From assembly GCA_963934545.1 (NCBI GenBank), contig CAWVZA010000001.1, positions 1 to 55,421 on the forward strand: 55,421 bases of DNA, read 5' to 3'. The translations under genes were made by a program, and so were the position numbers. The notes under the pieces are model-generated. The model was not told the origin of the DNA. It searched no databases and saw only the letters and a program-made list of their open reading frames with translations. This document shows positions 49,841-55,421 of this stretch, piece after piece; within the stretch, counting starts at the first letter, position 1; each line of letters opens with the position of its first letter. This DNA comes from an uncultured Sulfitobacter sp. (lineage in GTDB: Bacteria > Pseudomonadota > Alphaproteobacteria > Rhodobacterales > Rhodobacteraceae).

Positions 49841-50980
49841 ATGATGAGACCAACACTGAGTTCCTCTGTATTTGGCCTAAGCCGCCGCCAACTACTAAAA
49901 GCAAGCGCCGCTGCGGTTTTGACCACTCCTTTCGTCAGCCGCGCGTGGGCTGCCACGACCGAGATCAACATGCTGGCTTGGTACGGTCACGGTGAGCCGG
50001 ATATGGTTGCGGAGTATGAAGCGGCGAACAACGTCAAGTTCGTGCCCAAGTATTATGCAGGCGGTGACAACATGCTGGCGTTGATCGCGCAATCTCCTCC
50101 CGGCACGTACGATCTGATCCTGTCGGACGGTGAGTTTGTTCAGCAGTTGAACCTTGCGGGCTACATCGACGAGATGGAGCCAGCAGACTATCCGCTGGAT
50201 GACATGTTGCATGAAGACTTCAAACAGTTCCCCGGCCATTGGGCACATGGCAAGATGTATTCCATGATGCTGCGTGGCGGTCACCTTGGTGTTTCTTACA
50301 ATAAAAATTCGGTAACTGCCGAAGAAGCCGCAAGCTATGAGTGCTTCTGGAAGCCAGAGCTTGAAGGCAAGGTTGGCCACTTCGATTGGCACCTGCCAAC
50401 GCTGGGCATGATGAGCCTCTATAATGGCAACGGTGCTAGCCTTTGGGATCTGGACGATGCCAAATGGGCCGCAGTGCAGGAAACTACATTGGGTCTACGT
50501 AAGCAAGTCGGTGGGTTCTTTGACTATGGCGGCACGTTCAACGGCCTCAAGAATGGTGACATGCAGGCGATGGTTGGCATCGGTGACTGGATCACTGGCG
50601 TTTTGGAAAAAGATGGCGCACCCGTTGCATCCGTTATTCCCAAAGAGGGCGGCATCCAATTCACAGAGAGCTATTCCATCGGCAAAGGCAGCGAAAAAGC
50701 GGCTGAGGTCAAGAAGTTCATCCAATACATGATGTCCCCTGTGGGGCAGGTGAAATCCGCACAGATGGCGGCCTATCCGGGCTTTTGCGTCACCAAGGCG
50801 GGGCGCGCTGCTCTGATTGAGGCGGACTTGGCCGAGGCCACACGGTCACACCAGATCGACGGCGATGCGCAAGATCCGATCACACTGATCAAGGAGGGTC
50901 GCATCCATTACCGTGATATCCCGCAGCAGCAGGGTCTCGAGGATTGGAACGACTTCTGGTCAGAGTATAAGAACGCCTGA
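49841..50980 (+). CDS. PotD/PotF-family ABC substrate-binding protein, Tat-exported
   Basis: SRRQLLK signal, YDLI..D and PKEG motifs; followed by PotBCA-like genes. Confidence 0.85.
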   Translation: MMRPTLSSSVFGLSRRQLLKASAAAVLTTPFVSRAWAATTEINMLAWYGHGEPDMVAEYEAANNVKFVPKYYAGGDNMLALIAQSPPGTYDLILSDGEFVQQLNLAGYIDEMEPADYPLDDMLHEDFKQFPGHWAHGKMYSMMLRGGHLGVSYNKNSVTAEEAASYECFWKPELEGKVGHFDWHLPTLGMMSLYNGNGASLWDLDDAKWAAVQETTLGLRKQVGGFFDYGGTFNGLKNGDMQAMVGIGDWITGVLEKDGAPVASVIPKEGGIQFTESYSIGKGSEKAAEVKKFIQYMMSPVGQVKSAQMAAYPGFCVTKAGRAALIEADLAEATRSHQIDGDAQDPITLIKEGRIHYRDIPQQQGLEDWNDFWSEYKNA

Positions 50981-51005
50981 TTGGGCCCCCTAAACACACA
51001 TAAAC

Positions 51006-51030
51006 GGGCGACCATTCGGTCGCCCTTTTT
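51006..51030 (+). terminator. Stem-loop with T tail after the SBP gene
   Basis: GGGCGACC-ATTC-GGTCGCCC-TTTTT. Confidence 0.65.
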
Positions 51031-51052
51031 CCCAAAGGATTGCCCCTAGAAC

Positions 51053-51916
51053 ATGTCTTCATCAGCTGACCGAAAACTTAATCTCTACGCGCTGACATGG
51101 CGGCTTCCTATCATATTCTGGCAGTTCATCTTCTTCGTCGGACCGGTGCTCTTCATGGTCGCGATGTCGTTCTTCCTTGTAAAGAACTACCGCATGACCG
51201 AAGCGTTCGAATTTGTGAACTGGTCCAAAATGCTGAGCCGCGGATACTTCTGGGACAGCTATTGGTACACGGTTTTCATAGCTGGGGTCTCAACCATCTG
51301 TGCGATGTGCATCGCCTTTCCTGCCGCATTTGCGCTGGCTTTTCGCGCGTCTGAAAGCACTCGGCGCTGGGCAATCTTCCTGCTGATCATCCCTTTTTTC
51401 ACCAGCTATCTGGTACGCACCTTTTCATGGTTCGTTATCTTGTCCGAGAGTGGTGTGATTAACGGTATGCTTAGCTATATCGGCCTCGGTCCCTACACGA
51501 TGCTCAACACCAATTTCGGTACGCTGGTGGGCTATATGACCCTGACGCTGCCGTTGGTCGTGATCTTGCAGACTGTGACGATGGCCAACATAGACAAGAA
51601 CCTGATCGAGGCTGCGCGCAATCTGGGTTGTTCCGCCTTCAGAACCATCTGGCAGGTGATCATCCCGCTGTCCAAGACAGGTCTGATCATCGCCGCTATC
51701 TTTTGCTTCATCCTGTCGTTTGGTGACTTTGTGGCTCCGTTCTATCTGGGTGGATCGCAGGAACCGACCTTGCCGATCTTGATCCTTGATACCACCAAGT
51801 CCGGGCAGCAGTGGCCACGTGCCGCAGTCGTCGCAATCATGATGATGGGTACGCTTTTCGCCATCGCCTTTACCGGCATCGCCTTGGCCTACCGCAAAAA
51901 GAAGGGCGCGAAATGA
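51053..51916 (+). CDS. PotB-like ABC permease
   Basis: PFFTSYLVR, EAARNLG and F..SFGDFVAP..LGG. Confidence 0.9.
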   Translation: MSSSADRKLNLYALTWRLPIIFWQFIFFVGPVLFMVAMSFFLVKNYRMTEAFEFVNWSKMLSRGYFWDSYWYTVFIAGVSTICAMCIAFPAAFALAFRASESTRRWAIFLLIIPFFTSYLVRTFSWFVILSESGVINGMLSYIGLGPYTMLNTNFGTLVGYMTLTLPLVVILQTVTMANIDKNLIEAARNLGCSAFRTIWQVIIPLSKTGLIIAAIFCFILSFGDFVAPFYLGGSQEPTLPILILDTTKSGQQWPRAAVVAIMMMGTLFAIAFTGIALAYRKKKGAK

Positions 51917-52713
51917 AGCAGAGCCGCACCCTTAACGTCGTCCTTGGCATCTATGTGGCGATGGTGTTTGCCTTCGTCTTTGCACCAATCATTTTCAGCA
52001 TGATCTTTTCGTTCAACTCCCAACGGTTCCCTACCATTCCGTTGGGCGAATTCACGACGGAATGGTATGCGAAAATTCTTGCTGATCCCGATGTCTGGGA
52101 GGCTGCATTGAATAGCCTGATCGTGTCGTGCTCCACCGCCCTGATCGCGACCTTCCTTGGGTTTTGCACCGCGTATTCCGACTTCCGTTACAGCTTCCGC
52201 TTTAAGGGGCCATACCTCGCGTTGATCTTGCTGCCGCCCACTATTCCGCTGATCATCATGGCGCTGGCTATGCTGGCCTGGTTCTCGAAAATCGGCATGT
52301 CAGGGCAACTCTATTCGATCATCATCGCGCATAGCGTTTTAACCGCACCCTTTGCCATGGCCGTCATACGGTTGCGCCTAAACCAGATGGATCCTGACCT
52401 GGAATCAGCCGCGTGGAACCTCGGCGGCTCCGAATGGCAAACCATGTGCAATGTCATCATTCCGTTTTGCAAACCTGCGATCTTCTCGGCCTTGTTCCTG
52501 ACAGCTGCTGTGTCCTTCGATGAATTCGCCGTTTCATGGTTCGTCTCTGGTCTGAACAAGACCCTGCCAGTGATCATCCTTGAGATCGTGCAAGGCAACA
52601 TCGACCCACAGGTCAACGCCATTGGCACGTTTGTATTTCTAATTTCCATGACCCTCGTTGTGCTGGCCCAAGTCTTTTTCGCCAGCCGCCAATTGAAGAG
52701 CATCAAAACATGA
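51913..52713 (+). CDS. PotC-like ABC permease
   Basis: FSFN, WY, LESAAWNLG, SFDEF and TLP; ATGA coupling. Confidence 0.9.
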   Translation: MKQSRTLNVVLGIYVAMVFAFVFAPIIFSMIFSFNSQRFPTIPLGEFTTEWYAKILADPDVWEAALNSLIVSCSTALIATFLGFCTAYSDFRYSFRFKGPYLALILLPPTIPLIIMALAMLAWFSKIGMSGQLYSIIIAHSVLTAPFAMAVIRLRLNQMDPDLESAAWNLGGSEWQTMCNVIIPFCKPAIFSALFLTAAVSFDEFAVSWFVSGLNKTLPVIILEIVQGNIDPQVNAIGTFVFLISMTLVVLAQVFFASRQLKSIKT

Positions 52714-53795
52714 GCAAACCGCTGGTTGTCTTTGAAAAAGTCCAAAAAAACTTCGGCAATTTTGTTGCGGTGAAAGAGCTCGATTTCGAAATTCGCGAAG
52801 GTGAATTTCTGGCAATCATGGGGCCATCTGGCTGTGGGAAAACCACCACCCTGCGGATGCTTGCCGGACTTGAGGCCCCCAGCTTCGGTGAAATTCGCCT
52901 AAACGACCGCGTGATGAACGATGTTGCTCCGCACGAACGGGACACGCCGCTGGTCTGGCAATCGCTGGCGCTGTTCCCATTTTTGACGGCCCGCGAGAAC
53001 GTTGAGTTCGGCCTCAAAATGCGCGGCGTGGACAAGGCCGAGCGCGGCGAACGCGCTCTTAAATGGCTGGCCAAGATGGATATCCTCGAATTTGCGGATC
53101 GCGATATTTCAACCCTGTCCGGGGGCCAGAAACAGCGCGTCGCACTTGCGCGGTCACTGGTCATGGAACCGCAGATTCTGTTACTGGATGAACCGCTCTC
53201 GGCACTTGATGCCCACCTTGTGATCCGCATGCAGGCAGTCCTGACTGATCTACAGCGGGAGTTGGGCATTACCTTTGTCTACGTCACCCACTCCCAATCA
53301 GAAGCCTTTGCCATGGCCGACCGCGTCATCATTATGGGCAAAGGCGAGATCGCCCAAATCGGCTCCTCCAAGGACATCTACCGAGAACCTGCTAACCAGT
53401 TTGTCGCGGAGTTTGTAGGGCGCAATAATATCCTATCGGGCAACGTCGCCTCGTTGTCAGACGACACCGCACGTATCACCACGCCATCAGGTGACTTCAC
53501 CGTGCCCACAAATGAAGTGCGTTTGACCGAGGGGCATAACGCCAGCTTTGTCATCTCGGCTGATCTGGTCCACATTTCCATGGGTGAGCCCGACGGCAGC
53601 AACAAAGCGCAGTGCAAGTTGATCTCGGAGGAATTCGTTGGCTCCATGGTCACGCTGTTTTGGGAAGACGCACAGGGCCATGAGTTCAAAGTCCAGATGC
53701 AGGAACGCGAATTGTCCAAGTTCGACCTCAAGAGCGGTGCGCAAATCTGGCTTTCATGGGACACCGCCAGCGCCCATGTTTTAAACGAAAGTTAA
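52710..53795 (+). CDS. PotA-like ABC ATP-binding protein
   Basis: GPSGCGKTT, LSGGQKQR, LLDEPLSALD and YVTH.Q.EA; TOBE-like tail. Confidence 0.93.
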   Translation: MSKPLVVFEKVQKNFGNFVAVKELDFEIREGEFLAIMGPSGCGKTTTLRMLAGLEAPSFGEIRLNDRVMNDVAPHERDTPLVWQSLALFPFLTARENVEFGLKMRGVDKAERGERALKWLAKMDILEFADRDISTLSGGQKQRVALARSLVMEPQILLLDEPLSALDAHLVIRMQAVLTDLQRELGITFVYVTHSQSEAFAMADRVIIMGKGEIAQIGSSKDIYREPANQFVAEFVGRNNILSGNVASLSDDTARITTPSGDFTVPTNEVRLTEGHNASFVISADLVHISMGEPDGSNKAQCKLISEEFVGSMVTLFWEDAQGHEFKVQMQERELSKFDLKSGAQIWLSWDTASAHVLNES

Positions 53796-53798
53796 CCC

Positions 53799-54701
53799 AT
53801 GATTCGCAATCCGATCCCTTGGCCAAATGGCGCGAAATGTGCAGTAGCGATTACATTCGATATGGATGCTGACAGCTTGATCCACATCGCCAAGCCTGAG
53901 GACAGCTTTGATCGCCTTTATCCTATCTCAATGGGCCGTTACGGCCCTATGGTCGCTCTGCCTCGCATCCTTGATACCTATCGTCGTCTGGGTCTGAAAC
54001 AGTCATTCTTTATACCTGGCTGGTGTCTGGAAACTTATCCAGATGTGGCCGAGGCAATCCTGAAAGATGGTCATGAGATTGGCTACCACGGCTATCTACA
54101 TGAAGACCCGATCAAGACACGTGGCCAGCAGCGTGAGTGGTTCGAGCGCACGCTGGATGTGCATCAACGCATTTGTGGGCAAAAGCCGCGTGGCTATCGG
54201 GCGCCAGTCTACAACATCACGCAAGAAGTGGTGGACCTAATGATCGAACACGGGATGCGCTACGACAGCTCAATGATGGCGGATGACGTACCCTATGAGT
54301 TGAAGACAGCAAAAGGCTCGCTTTACGAGATGCCTGTTCATTGGGGCACAGACGACTGGCCACCCTTCGCCCACTATGACGAAATCGGATACATGATGCC
54401 TGTCGCTGCCCCCTCCAAAGGTCTCGGAGGATTTTGGGAAGAGTTCGACGCGCAGTATGATGCTGGCGGGTTCTTCATGTTGATTATCCATCCCTTTCTC
54501 ACTGGTCGATTGGCTCGCTGGAGCCAAGTGGAGGCGTGGATTACCAAAACGCAGCAAACCAAAGATGTTTGGTTTGCCACTTTGGATCAAATCGCCGATC
54601 ATATGGACCAATTGCAACGAGACGGTGTTTGGCAACCGACTGTTGAAACGCTACCGTATTATGACAAACCCATCCTTACGGCAAAGGACACCAACACATG
54701 A
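53799..54701 (+). CDS. Polysaccharide deacetylase (CE4) family hydrolase, PgdA(HP0310)/PuuE-like
   Basis: WPNGAKCAV.ITFDMD, GHEIGYHGYLHE, GYRAP, YDSS and HP...GR; no signal peptide. Confidence 0.85.
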   Translation: MIRNPIPWPNGAKCAVAITFDMDADSLIHIAKPEDSFDRLYPISMGRYGPMVALPRILDTYRRLGLKQSFFIPGWCLETYPDVAEAILKDGHEIGYHGYLHEDPIKTRGQQREWFERTLDVHQRICGQKPRGYRAPVYNITQEVVDLMIEHGMRYDSSMMADDVPYELKTAKGSLYEMPVHWGTDDWPPFAHYDEIGYMMPVAAPSKGLGGFWEEFDAQYDAGGFFMLIIHPFLTGRLARWSQVEAWITKTQQTKDVWFATLDQIADHMDQLQRDGVWQPTVETLPYYDKPILTAKDTNT

Positions 54702-55141
54702 ACGCAGATGACACACGCCTTTTGCGCATCGCCTATGACGAGGCTAAAGCCGGATTTGACGAAGGCGGCTGTCCGATTGGGTCTGTTCTGGCACGTGGCG
54801 GAGAAGTTGTTTCGCAGGGCCGCAATCAACGCGTGCAAAAGGGCGATCCGATTGCGCATGGTGAAATGGACGCACTGCGCAAAGCGGGACGACAGAAAAC
54901 CTACCGCGACACCACGCTGTATACGTCGTTGAGCCCCTGCATGATGTGCACCGGGACGATCATCCAATTTGGCATCCCCCGCGTAGTGATCGGTGAGAAC
55001 ACAAACTTTGGCGGCAACGAAGATTTCCTGCGCTCCAAAGGCGTGGAGGTCATCGTCGCCAACGATCCTGATTGCACCGCCCTGATGCAGCGCTTCATCA
55101 CAGAAAAACCGACACTCTGGGCGGAAGATATTGCGGAATAA
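54698..55141 (+). CDS. Zn-dependent nucleobase deaminase, yeast Fcy1-type cytosine deaminase-like
   Basis: EGG.PIG, NQRVQ, HGE, LSPCMMC, GIPRVVIGEN and W.EDI. Confidence 0.88.
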   Translation: MNADDTRLLRIAYDEAKAGFDEGGCPIGSVLARGGEVVSQGRNQRVQKGDPIAHGEMDALRKAGRQKTYRDTTLYTSLSPCMMCTGTIIQFGIPRVVIGENTNFGGNEDFLRSKGVEVIVANDPDCTALMQRFITEKPTLWAEDIAE

Positions 55142-55373
55142 TCCCGCTGGTGAAGTTGGTTAACGTAGATTGCTACAGCATTTGGATATTTCCTGTGGGG
55201 CAATGGTGCGTTTACACATCCGCCTCTGCCAACAAACGACATCGAAAGCTACGCAAAGCGTTCAGACCAGAGGTGGTGCAACTGCAACGAAAGCCCATTT
55301 TGTGGGCATAGCAGAACTCATGGCTACCAGAATGCTACATAAGAAGCGAACGGCAGCGTTGGGGACGTCGCAC

Positions 55374-55421
55374 GGCTTTGTTGCACAAATATCCTTTGCC
55401 AAGGATTCACTGTCTGACTCC
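55374..55421 (+). mobile_element. Terminus of an IS5-family (IS903-group-like) insertion sequence running out of the right edge
   Basis: GGCTTTGTTGCACAAAT...; exact reverse complement of 4..51. Confidence 0.8.

Noticed and set aside
1-55421. CRISPR array, tRNA/rRNA, prophage, integrase or known defence genes
   Set aside because: No spaced direct repeats, cloverleaf or rRNA signatures, or phage/integrase motifs were seen; short ncRNAs could be missed by eye.

Overview
This looks like a chromosomal segment (probably a whole contig) of a marine Rhodobacteraceae/Roseobacter-type alphaproteobacterium; the taxon is inferred from gene content. Both ends carry the same 48-bp sequence in inverted orientation, starting GGCTTTGTTG like IS5-family/IS903-group termini, so two inverted IS copies bracket the whole 55 kb. 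Intact content: a TRAP + IclR + pim-like beta-oxidation operon, rpe, an NMT1/SsuA-type ABC system plus aminotransferase, a DUF1007/RcnA metal pair, futA + IsdG-like heme monooxygenase under an Iron-Rhodo-like box, an AAA ATPase + DUF2201/vWA pair, an orphan Stealth protein, an amino-acid ABC system, a MATE pump, a PfkB kinase, a J1-crystallin-like ADP-ribosylglycohydrolase, a second TRAP system whose DctM has a large insertion, and selU. The right end holds the best candidate for an undescribed system: BtpA-like barrel + atypical phosphoribosyltransferase, then LysR, a Pot-type ABC importer, a PgdA/PuuE-like hydrolase and a yeast-type cytosine deaminase, suggesting a nucleobase-derivative salvage/catabolic pathway. 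Many lesions point to ongoing genome decay: citF, a sensor kinase, a response regulator/Hpt pair, a hydantoinase/oxoprolinase, galM and long G/C runs. No rRNA, tRNA or CRISPR array was seen. All family calls come from motif recognition by eye, not database searches.
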